From Thermodesulfobacteriota bacterium (lineage in GTDB: Bacteria > Desulfobacterota > Desulfarculia > JACQYL01), in NCBI GenBank assembly GCA_963675595.2, contig CAXXLZ010000002.1, positions 320,001 to 384,000 on the forward strand: a DNA stretch of 64,000 bases, written 5' to 3'. Position 1 is the stretch's first letter; the number at the start of each line of letters is the position of its first letter. The notes beneath the pieces were generated by a model. That model saw only the letters and a program-made list of their open reading frames with translations, ran no database searches and had not been told where the DNA came from. The translations under genes and the position numbers were made by a program. Positions 9,920-19,413 of this stretch are shown one piece after another.

Positions 9920-10681
9920 ATGAGAAAGTGCTTTGTTATGCAGCCTTTTGACAGTGGGAAGTTCGACAAACGATACGAGGCAGTCTTTTGCCCTGCTATT
10001 TCTTTAGCGGGAATTGAACCATATAGAGTTGACCGAGACCCATCAGTCAGTATTCCAATACAAGAAATTGAAAATGGGATTAGAAATTCAGACATATGCT
10101 TTGCTGATATCACCACAGACAACCCCAACGTGTGGTTTGAACTCGGATTTGCTCTTGCAATACCACGGGAGGTAGTGCTTGTTTGCTCCGATGAGAGAAC
10201 CGAACGATACCCGTTTGACGTTCAACACCGTAGCATAATAAAATACACAACAGGTGCACCACAGGACTTCGACGAGTTGAAACCAAAAATCACCAATCGG
10301 ATTCAAGCGATTCTCAAGAAGAATGAGGAGATAGGATTGGCTGTTAGTCGGACAGCAATTAAGGACAACGGGGGCCTGAATCAGCATGAGCTTGTCGCCC
10401 TTGTTACAACCATGCAGAACTCATTTCTTACTGATGGTTTTGTATCAGGCTACACTATAAAAATGGACATGAACAAGTCAGGATTTACTGATATAGCCGT
10501 AGGGATTGCACTCAGAACATTAATATCAAAGTTTTTGATAAAGTCAGAGATTTTGACAGACAGCGATGACAGTTCGTACACTGTCTATAAGACGACGCCA
10601 TTAGGAGAGGAATGGCTTATCAAGAATCAAGAATTGTTGACGCTGAAGGTTGAGCCAGCAGACGACGGAATCCCCTTCTAA
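9920..10681 (+). CDS. Nucleoside 2-deoxyribosyltransferase (NDT/TIR-like fold) domain protein, AT-rich, possible defence gene
   Basis: CFVMQPF, RVD, I...IRNSDICFADIT.DNPNVWFELGFALA, PFDV motifs; GGAGG RBS. Confidence 0.75.
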   Translation: MRKCFVMQPFDSGKFDKRYEAVFCPAISLAGIEPYRVDRDPSVSIPIQEIENGIRNSDICFADITTDNPNVWFELGFALAIPREVVLVCSDERTERYPFDVQHRSIIKYTTGAPQDFDELKPKITNRIQAILKKNEEIGLAVSRTAIKDNGGLNQHELVALVTTMQNSFLTDGFVSGYTIKMDMNKSGFTDIAVGIALRTLISKFLIKSEILTDSDDSSYTVYKTTPLGEEWLIKNQELLTLKVEPADDGIPF

Positions 10682-10883
10682 CAATCAAGAATAATCGCCA
10701 TGGAGTCAGCTCTTGCCTTTTGACATTAGTGAAGGGAAACACCGCCCACGTCGAGACCACTGAACTTTGAATTTCCATTTGTTTTCTATCTGCTTGCGAA
10801 TAAAGGGATTCTATTGAATTTACACGTTTCTTTGGTTCATCCCTTATGGGACAGAGATTTCATGCGGCGAAAAGTGTGAAATA

Positions 10884-11341
10884 GGGCACGTTGTTGACTA
10901 ACGTGACAAACGCCGGTAGGCCTTGGGAGTGGGTGAGATGGATGAGCCGGCCCGGATAAGATCCGCTTCAAACGTATTCCTTTTCCGTGTGAACACGCCC
11001 GTTCCCGATCGAAGACCACACAGGTCACCCCCGCGCGTATGAGGGGGCCGACGGATCGTCCCGGCAGGCTTCCGTGACTTCCCGGTGGTTCTTGGGCGCC
11101 GCCGATCAGGATGCCCGGGCGGACAGCCTCCCTCATTGCTCAACATAGATTCGGCGCTTTCTTCTTCTCACTTGATGTTTTTGAGCGAAGAGCCTTTAAT
11201 GACAAACGCCCTGCCCAAGTTTTCGATCCAATCTCGATTTTTCGGTTTTTCCAGCACAACAAAGGTGGGCCTTCGGCCGTGTTTCGGGCAGGCACTGTGG
11301 CCTGCCCCTACAATAGACGAGCTCCTCCCGTGAATGATGAC
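10884..11341. repeat. ~450-bp repeat, copy 1 (uninterrupted)
   Basis: Colinear direct similarity to 13007-13161 plus 14226-14536; ends in a REP hairpin and gtgaatgatgac terminus. Confidence 0.85.
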
Positions 11342-11384
11342 GAAAGATGAGAGCCAGACCCGGAAGGGCTCTACCGGCTTTCGA

Positions 11385-12932
11385 TCAAAACCCATGGCAA
11401 TTCAAACAGGACGTAGACGTTGCGGGGCCGATTGACACGGCGTGAGGAACGCCCGATCGGGTGGAAGCGGTCGGCTCAATGGCCTCGGGGTACCATTCGT
11501 TGTAGATCGCCGAAAAGGAGCCGTCGGCTTTCATTTCACCGAGCGTTTCGCCCCAACGGGATACCAGGTCGGAATGGCTTCCCTTGGAAATTCCAATATA
11601 AAACTCGGTAGTGCTGAGAAGATATTGTTTTTCCAGCCCCGTCATTGAATACCCCGCACTTTCCACTAGTTGATTCACGGTTATATCCGTGAACACGGTG
11701 GCTTCAATGGTACCGGACATCAAGTTCTCGACGAGTTCCGTCGGATCGGCAAAACTAACCAGGTTATCGAATCCCATATTCATCAGCATTTGTTCGGTAA
11801 ACCAGGATGAACAAGTACCGATCGAGTTTAGACTTGCGGCGTCTTCAAGTGACTCGAGAACGAGACCGCTTCCGGTTCGGGTGTAGAAATTGGCGGAATT
11901 GACCCCAATCGGACCCACCCAGTTGAAAAGGCCTTCTCTCCATTCCGTTCTTTCAAGTGAGAACAAAATGATATTCGGGTTGATCAACGCTATATCGTAT
12001 GCATTTCTCCAATTTGTAATAATCATGTTATCAGGAACATTCAGTCTATTCATTATGGTCCTGACGACTTCCGTTCCTCCTCCTGTGATAACCCCTTGAG
12101 AATTCAAAAAACTGATTGGGGGATACGGTTCAGTATATATCTGTAATTTCTCCGGTAAGACGCCCGAAAAAATATAACTCCGATAAATGTCCTCGAAAAC
12201 GCGCTCCTCTTTCATGTCGTCAAGCGTATCCTGCCATTCCTCCACAACGGAGTCGGGGACGGTTTGCGAAAAAGCGATATAAAGCAACTCCGTTTTCAGG
12301 TCGAACAGGCTCTCAACGCTGTCGTAACCCAAGTCGGTGTGGTCTTCGATGTATTGATAAATGGTGCCGTGCGTTGTGGCAATAAAGTCCACTTCTTTGT
12401 CGAAGAATTTCTGTAATGCCTCTTCTGAAGAAGAAACCACTACCAAATGTTGGAAGTTTTCTTTTTCCAATAACTCATGTGGTGGATAGTCTTTCACAAC
12501 GGCTATACGGTATTCCGCGAAGTCCTCAAGAGAACCGAATTTCTCAAATTCGCCTGTTCTAGAAAATATCAACCATCTCAGGCGTCCTAAAGCCCCCACC
12601 CACTTGAACTCGTCCTTTCTCTTTTCCGTCAGCGATGTGGAAAACAGTACCGTATTCGGTTCATTTCTCAGTGCGTTCAAACCATCGGTCCAGTTGACTA
12701 CTTCGATGGTATCTTTTCTTCCGGTCCGTTTCATGATTTCGTTCACTACATCATAAGCTATCCCTTTCCATTCTCCATCCGTCTGATAGTTATATGGAAA
12801 ATAGTCTTCCGTCATAATACGTAACTGCATGTCGCCATCAGAAGAAGAACCGCATGCAATAAACAGGGAAGACACCAGCAATAACATAATAGAACAAAAC
12901 AGTCTGAAACCGGACATGAGCTCATCTCCCAT
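11385..12932 (-). CDS. Lipoprotein with two amino-acid-type substrate-binding (PBPb) domains and a C-terminal CxxCH
   Basis: Lipobox-like FIA-C; two repeats of TE.Y.P / T..R...F.WVG; ends PH...CLNCHGF; start may be 12917. Confidence 0.8.
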   Translation of the reverse strand: MGDELMSGFRLFCSIMLLLVSSLFIACGSSSDGDMQLRIMTEDYFPYNYQTDGEWKGIAYDVVNEIMKRTGRKDTIEVVNWTDGLNALRNEPNTVLFSTSLTEKRKDEFKWVGALGRLRWLIFSRTGEFEKFGSLEDFAEYRIAVVKDYPPHELLEKENFQHLVVVSSSEEALQKFFDKEVDFIATTHGTIYQYIEDHTDLGYDSVESLFDLKTELLYIAFSQTVPDSVVEEWQDTLDDMKEERVFEDIYRSYIFSGVLPEKLQIYTEPYPPISFLNSQGVITGGGTEVVRTIMNRLNVPDNMIITNWRNAYDIALINPNIILFSLERTEWREGLFNWVGPIGVNSANFYTRTGSGLVLESLEDAASLNSIGTCSSWFTEQMLMNMGFDNLVSFADPTELVENLMSGTIEATVFTDITVNQLVESAGYSMTGLEKQYLLSTTEFYIGISKGSHSDLVSRWGETLGEMKADGSFSAIYNEWYPEAIEPTASTRSGVPHAVSIGPATSTSCLNCHGF

Positions 12933-13163
12933 ATCATATTTGAGGCGAGTGGAAAGAATTGTTTAGGAGTATCATTTTAAACGGGGCTCCTCAACTCCGC
13001 TGATCAGGGGACGCTGTTGACTTGCGTGACAAAAGCCGCTAGTCCTTTGGAGTGGGTGAGATGGATGCGCCGGCCCGACCAAGATCCGCTTCAAACGGAT
13101 TCCTTTTCCGTGTGAACATGCCCGCTCCTGATCGAAGACCACACAGGTCACTCCCGCGGGCGT

Positions 13164-14085
<922 letters not shown>

Positions 14086-14677
14086 ACGTATTCACGGGGT
14101 GCGCCGCAGAGGGACGCCGGCACGGGGGGGGACAGGGAAGATGGTGACATGGGCCTTCGGCCGACTATTGGGCAGGCACCATGGCCTGCCCCTACAATGG
14201 ACGAGTCCCCCCAGTGAATGATTACCCGCACGCATGGGGCGGCCGACGGATCGTCCCGGTTGGCTTTCCGTGAATTTCCGGTGTTCCCTTGACGGCGCCG
14301 ATCAGGATGCCCGGGCGGACAGCTTCCTTCATTGTTCAACATAGATTCGGCGCTTTCTTCACCTCGTTTGATGTTTTTGAGCGGTGAGCCTTTAATGCAA
14401 CGCCCTGCCCAAGCTTTCGATCAACTCTCGATTTTCCGGTCTTTCCCGCCACAACAAAGGTGGGCCTTCGGCCGTCTTTCGGGCAGGCACTGTGGCCTGC
14501 CCCTACAATAGATGAGCTCCTCCCGTGAGAGATTGCCATTTTTCAACAAAGATTCGGCATTTTATTCATCTCAATTGATGTCTTTGAGCCGCCTTCCTGG
14601 TAAAATGACCCCACCGATGGATGAAAAACAATCATGATCGGTTGTGACCACAGGATTTCTGCAATCGGAGGACAAGG

Positions 14678-15118
14678 ATGAAGACGCGGACCATGATTTT
14701 GGGTCTATTTTTCGCCGTTATTTTAACAATTTCCTGTTCGGCTTTTGCCGAAGACGCCGTACCTGATCTCAAGGGAGTCTGGGAAGGGACCACCTATTCC
14801 ATCAAATATCACCCAAGCAGCGGTCATGAAATGGAACATCGTCCCGCCGGACACTCCGGTGAGGTGCTGCCCATCAAATTCACGTTCACCATCGACTTTC
14901 AGGACAAGAGAATCTTCACAGGGATTCTGGCCTCGGCCACGTTCAAAGAAACCATTGCCGGGGCGATCTCGCTGGATAACCAAAGCCTTTACCTGACCGA
15001 TCAGGACAGTACCTTTTTCGGCAAGATTCTGAGTCCGGACCGGTTCGAGCTGATCTGGACGGCGGTTGAAACTCCGGCACACGGAGTGGGCCACGGGGTT
15101 TTTGTGAAAAAGAAGTAG
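14678..15118 (+). CDS. Hypothetical exported protein
   Basis: Sec signal peptide (AFA-E), PDLKGVWEG, GGAGG RBS. Confidence 0.7.
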   Translation: MKTRTMILGLFFAVILTISCSAFAEDAVPDLKGVWEGTTYSIKYHPSSGHEMEHRPAGHSGEVLPIKFTFTIDFQDKRIFTGILASATFKETIAGAISLDNQSLYLTDQDSTFFGKILSPDRFELIWTAVETPAHGVGHGVFVKKK

Positions 15119-15176
15119 CAAAACCCCACAAACCGTCGTCGCTCTCCGGAATTAGGATCGAATCGCCTGATTCTGT

Positions 15177-15408
15177 GTGAGCATTCAGAGGGGGTATCCG
15201 AGGGAACCCTTTTTGAAAAAAGGGTTCCCTCGGGCTCCTTCCCAAAAACTTTCAAGTATTTTACTATGTTGTACGGAACATGCCGCTCGTTTTGCGAATC
15301 GCGTACGCGATTCGCGGAAGCGCAATGGGGGTCCGGGGGGCCGTTGGTCCCCCGGCAGGGGGTGCGGGGGGACGGTGTCCTCCTGCGGCACACCCCGTGA
15401 ATACCTAC
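15177..15408. repeat. Family C MITE-like element with both IS66-like ends (gtgagcattcag ... gtgaatacctac)
   Basis: Terminal inverted repeats; internal palindromes ccgagggaaccctttt/aaaagggttccctcgg and gaatcgcgtacgcgattc. Confidence 0.8.
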
Positions 15409-15474
15409 CACTGAAGAATGGAAATGCGCGAAATCAACCCCTTGCCCCTTTTACCTTTTCAAGGATGATCAGCC

Positions 15475-16287
15475 ATGTCGGATCTTCACGAAATCGTCAA
15501 AAGTCAATTTGATCAACAAGCAGCGGATTTCAGTAATTGGTCCGTTACCAAGAATATTGAATATCAAAAGGCGTATTTTGATTTCTGTGAACTCTCCGAT
15601 CGAGATCGCGTATTGGATATGGCGTGCGGTACGGGTGAATATGCCCTTTTTGCGGCGCCGAAGGTGCAATCTGTTCAAGGGATTGATATCTCAAAGGGAA
15701 TGATAGAAATCGCCCAAAAGCAAGCCGGCAATGCCCAATTGACCAACGTTGCCTTTTTATGCCACCCCGTTGAACATACCCCGTTTGAGACCGACTCATT
15801 TTCCTTGGTGTTCTGTCGATCGGCGTTTCATCACTTTGTTGATTATGTGACGATATTTGATGAGATGATCCGTTGTTGTCAACAAGGCGGTAGAATGAGT
15901 ATCCAAGATATTATCGCCTATCCGAACGAAAAAGTAGATTCCTTTTTTGAAGACCTTGAGAAGCTGATCGATGAAAGCCATCACAAAACATTGACCAAAG
16001 AATATATCACTAGCTTGTACGTTCAAAGAAACATACCGATCAAGAATACGTTTGAAATCGAAATAGAATTAAATCTTCAGGAATATCTTGGACACGCACG
16101 ACAATCAAAGGAAAACAGGGAAAGGATTCGCAGCTTATTGGAGCGGGGGTTAGAGGATCCGGAACTTTCAGCGTATTTTGTCGTCAAAGACAAGGAGCTG
16201 TTTTTCAAACGAAGCGTTTTTTTGATCTTAGGCGAGAAACCAACAGACGTGAGCATTCAGAAGGGTATCCGAGGGAACCCTCTTTGA
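15475..16287 (+). CDS. Class I SAM-dependent methyltransferase (AT-rich)
   Basis: VLDMACGTG, GIDIS, CRSAFHHF; last residues are encoded by the repeat starting at 16249. Confidence 0.85.
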   Translation: MSDLHEIVKSQFDQQAADFSNWSVTKNIEYQKAYFDFCELSDRDRVLDMACGTGEYALFAAPKVQSVQGIDISKGMIEIAQKQAGNAQLTNVAFLCHPVEHTPFETDSFSLVFCRSAFHHFVDYVTIFDEMIRCCQQGGRMSIQDIIAYPNEKVDSFFEDLEKLIDESHHKTLTKEYITSLYVQRNIPIKNTFEIEIELNLQEYLGHARQSKENRERIRSLLERGLEDPELSAYFVVKDKELFFKRSVFLILGEKPTDVSIQKGIRGNPL

Positions 16288-16413
16288 AAAACGGGGCCCC
16301 CCAGGCTCCCTCCCGGACATTTCAAGTATTTTACCACGTTGTACGAAACATGCCGCTCGTTCTGCATGTCATCGTTTTTCACCAACCTGTGGCAACCGAC
16401 TTTTTCAACGGGT
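16249..16413 (+). repeat. Chimeric family C / family B repeat
   Basis: 5' part matches 15177-15290, 3' part matches the end of family B (tgcatgtcatcgtttttcacc...tttttcaacggg). Confidence 0.75.
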
Positions 16414-16493
16414 TGGTAAATAGTACCCAACAGGGCCCATGCCAAACGAATGACTTTGCCGATTCGTCAGACGTAGGAAAGGTTGCCAACTAA

Positions 16494-16611
16494 TGAGGAA
16501 ACCCGATTTTTCCCTCAGCCTCCCCGCCGTAGGCGGTGAGGCCTGCTTGAAACGTTTCAAGGGGGGTGCACGGGGGGAATTTTTTCAAAAATTCCCCCCG
16601 TGAATGATTAC
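16494..16611 (+). repeat. Family A repeat
   Basis: tgaggaaacccg...ggggggaattttt/aaaattccccccgtgaatgattac; nearly identical to 47119-47235. Confidence 0.85.
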
Positions 16612-16680
16612 ATGGTTTCCTCACCTACCCTGTGAACAGGTACGGAGAACCCGGATGTCGTTCCTGGTTGGGGGGGAGAG

Positions 16681-17829
16681 ATGGAATATAAGGACGGTGT
16701 TTACGAGGAACAGCTGAACGTCATCTTCAGGCAGACTCCAACCATTATAGGCGGAGGCGTGGTCGCCGGCCCGACGTTTGTTTGGCTCTTCTGGAAAGTG
16801 GCGAATCACACGGAATTGCTGATTTGGCTGGCTTGTTTTCTGGCGCTTCTTGCGGCCAGAGTTCTATTATACGTAGTATTCCTGCGAAGCGGAAAATTAT
16901 GTTCGAGAGGCACTTGGGGAAAGCTGTATACCTCTTCCACGTTTCTACAGTCTTTACTTTGGGGGTCCGTTTGGCTGATTTTTGCCCAAACGGGAAGTGA
17001 TCCCGCCTATTCTTTAGCCATCGCCATTTGCTTGCTTGCGTTGAGCGCCGTATCGGTAAGCGCCTACTCGGTCCATCTACCAAGCCTGTTCGCTTTCTTC
17101 TTCCCGATCATTATCCCCAGCATCGTCTATTTCTTGATGAATAGGGGAGAATTCTTCCTACAGATCGCCATCGTTCTAACGGCATATATCGTTGTTGTTC
17201 TTCGAGGTGTCTTGCCCATACATCGTTCGTTGATCAGTTCTATTCGCCTGAACTTTGAGCTCAATGAAGAAGTCTCTAAAAGAAAAATGGTGGAAGACAA
17301 GTTACGGGAACTATCCATTTTGGATGGACTTACCGGTTTGGCAAACAGGCGGCACTTCAATGACACGCTCGATAAGGAACTGAAACGGGCACAACGACAA
17401 TCAACCCAACTATCACTCATCCTCCTGGATATCGACTTCTTCAAGGCCTATAATGATCATTATGGTCATGTAAAGGGCGATGAGTGTTTAAAGAGAGTAT
17501 CGTCCTGCATCCGGACGGCCGCCAGGCGTCCGGGTGATCTGGCCGCTCGCTACGGAGGTGAAGAGTTTTCCGTGATTCTGCCCGACACGGAGGCCAAGGG
17601 CGCTTATGCGGTAGGTGAAAACATCAGAACGACCATCAAGAATCTAAACATCGCACACGCGTGCTCTTGCGTTGAAGGATGCGATTCCGTTACGGTCAGT
17701 GCCGGGATCGCAACGCTGTTGCCTGATAAGGACATTACAGCCGATGATCTGATCAATAAGGCGGATGAGGCCCTATATGCCGCCAAAGAAAGAGGACGAA
17801 ATCAAAGCATCGCGGCCGATCCGACCTGA
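16681..17829 (+). CDS. Membrane-bound diguanylate cyclase (GGDEF)
   Basis: N-terminal TM helices; DGLTGLANRR, DIDFFK.YND.YGH, RPGD I-site, RYGGEEF. Confidence 0.92.
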   Translation: MEYKDGVYEEQLNVIFRQTPTIIGGGVVAGPTFVWLFWKVANHTELLIWLACFLALLAARVLLYVVFLRSGKLCSRGTWGKLYTSSTFLQSLLWGSVWLIFAQTGSDPAYSLAIAICLLALSAVSVSAYSVHLPSLFAFFFPIIIPSIVYFLMNRGEFFLQIAIVLTAYIVVVLRGVLPIHRSLISSIRLNFELNEEVSKRKMVEDKLRELSILDGLTGLANRRHFNDTLDKELKRAQRQSTQLSLILLDIDFFKAYNDHYGHVKGDECLKRVSSCIRTAARRPGDLAARYGGEEFSVILPDTEAKGAYAVGENIRTTIKNLNIAHACSCVEGCDSVTVSAGIATLLPDKDITADDLINKADEALYAAKERGRNQSIAADPT

Positions 17830-17853
17830 GCTGTAAAGGGAACAAACGACAAG

Positions 17854-17960
17854 GTATGCAGTCACGGGGGAAGACTTTCGAGAGAGTTCCCCCCCGCACC
17901 CCCCCTCCAAACCTCTCAAGTGGGCCTCAACGCCTCCGGCGCAGAGGCCGGGCAGGAAAT
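17854..17960 (-). repeat. Family A repeat (diverged)
   Basis: gtatgcagtcacggggg...ggcctcaacgcctccggcgcagaggc. Confidence 0.7.
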
Positions 17961-18037
17961 GCAGAGCGGAGTCGATGCCTGCAGCTAAGCCGTAGGTACG
18001 CTTATTCACGGAGTGGGCCGCCGTCCCGCAAGGAGTC

Positions 18038-19129
18038 ATGATGATTGATCATCCCTCAGCCGTTAAAGACCGCGCCGCCGGGGCCCTCATGGGCGCTTTT
18101 ATCGGCGACGCCCTGGCACTCGGTCCACATTGGTATTACGATCTCACCGAACTTCGCAGGGACTATGGTGATTGGATCAACGGATACACCGATCCGAAGC
18201 CGGGTCGATACCATGAGGGTCTGAAAGCGGGTCAACTTTCACAGGCGGGGTTCATTCTCACCCTCATGCTGCGCTCCCTGGTTGAGAACGGGGGTTACCT
18301 GGAAGAAGACTTTTGTCGTCGAATGGACGAGGAGCTTTTTCCTCTCCTGGACGGCACGCCCGTAAGCGGTCCCGGTCACTATACCAGCCAATCCATTCGG
18401 GAAGCCTGGCGCAGACGGGTTCAGCAGCATCTGCCCTGGGGTCGAACCGGCGGGCATGCGGACACGACCGAAGCCATCGAGCGCACCCTGGCCGTTGCCG
18501 TGCGCTATGCATTCCAGCCCGCGAAACTGGCCGCCGCAGTTACCCGCAACACCATGCTTACACAGGCCGACGAGACCGTGGTATCCATGACCGTTGCCTT
18601 TGGGGCCGTGCTGGGACTTCTCGTTCAGGGAAACAAACTGAACCCCGGGCTATCCGGAAAACTCATAAGACTGGTGGAAAACGGCGAGTTGCCTTTTCAC
18701 ACAGTAACGCGCGAGGGTATGCAGCCGCCGCGTCCCGGCGATCCCGACCCGCCGCGCACAGGTCGCTTCGCTTCACCGGATGCCTTGCTCACCCCTTCCT
18801 ACATGGCCGCCGCCGCATGGGATCCCGATATTCGAATTGAACCGGCCTGGAGAGTGTCCATCGTTTACGGCATGCCCTGCGCCATCTATCATCAGCTTCC
18901 CGCCGCTTACTATCTCTCCGCCCGTTTCCACAACGATTTCGAGTCCGCGGTCCTGCATGCCGTCAATGGAGGCGGTCAAAACCAGGCACGAGCCATCCTT
19001 ACCGGCGCCCTCACGGGCGCCCAGGTCGGTTTGACCGGAATACCGAAGCGCTTCCTTGAAGGTCTCGAACAAGCCGACGACCTTCTGAGAGTGGCCGAGA
19101 CACTGGCCTCACAGGTGGCCGATGCCTGA
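18038..19129 (+). CDS. ADP-ribosylglycohydrolase family protein (SelJ/J1-crystallin-like subgroup)
   Basis: GALMGAFIGDALALGPHWYY, AVNGGGQNQARAILTGALTGA, GIP.RF. Confidence 0.85.
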   Translation: MMIDHPSAVKDRAAGALMGAFIGDALALGPHWYYDLTELRRDYGDWINGYTDPKPGRYHEGLKAGQLSQAGFILTLMLRSLVENGGYLEEDFCRRMDEELFPLLDGTPVSGPGHYTSQSIREAWRRRVQQHLPWGRTGGHADTTEAIERTLAVAVRYAFQPAKLAAAVTRNTMLTQADETVVSMTVAFGAVLGLLVQGNKLNPGLSGKLIRLVENGELPFHTVTREGMQPPRPGDPDPPRTGRFASPDALLTPSYMAAAAWDPDIRIEPAWRVSIVYGMPCAIYHQLPAAYYLSARFHNDFESAVLHAVNGGGQNQARAILTGALTGAQVGLTGIPKRFLEGLEQADDLLRVAETLASQVADA

Positions 19130-19147
19130 GGGATGCATAACGAAAGC

Positions 19148-19260
19148 TTGCGTGTTCACGGGGGGGGGACTTTTGGAAAAGCCCCCCCGCATCCCCCCTC
19201 CAAACCTTTCAAGCGGGCCTCACCCCCTTCGGCGGAGAGGCTGGGGCGGAAATTGTGATT
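19148..19260 (-). repeat. Family A repeat
   Basis: gttcacgggggggg...gggcctcaccccttcggcggagaggctg. Confidence 0.75.
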
Positions 19261-19291
19261 AAAACCGGCAAAGCATAACCCCTTTTGGTGC

Positions 19292-19413
19292 AGGCTGCTG
19301 AAAAACGATGAGATGCAAGGCCCGCAAATCCTGAGGAATGAGGCGTACATAGAGTACGTCGCAGTGAAGAGGGATGAAGCTCAAAGCCGCAGATCGCGTT
19401 TTTTAAGAAGCCT
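19292..19413 (-). repeat. Family B repeat overlapping the ATPase stop codon
   Basis: Reverse complement of 58023-58143; TAA at 19403-19405 lies inside the repeat end. Confidence 0.85.

Noticed and set aside
10674-10740. TTCTAAC overlapping the NDT gene stop, resembling an integron attC R'' box
   Set aside because: No matching palindrome or GTTRRRY end downstream, and no integrase in the window
15177-16611. 8-bp target duplications around the other TIR-bounded elements
   Set aside because: Flanks checked at 8090-8307, 15177-15408 and 16249-16611 do not match; only the 13162-14225 insertion supports a duplication
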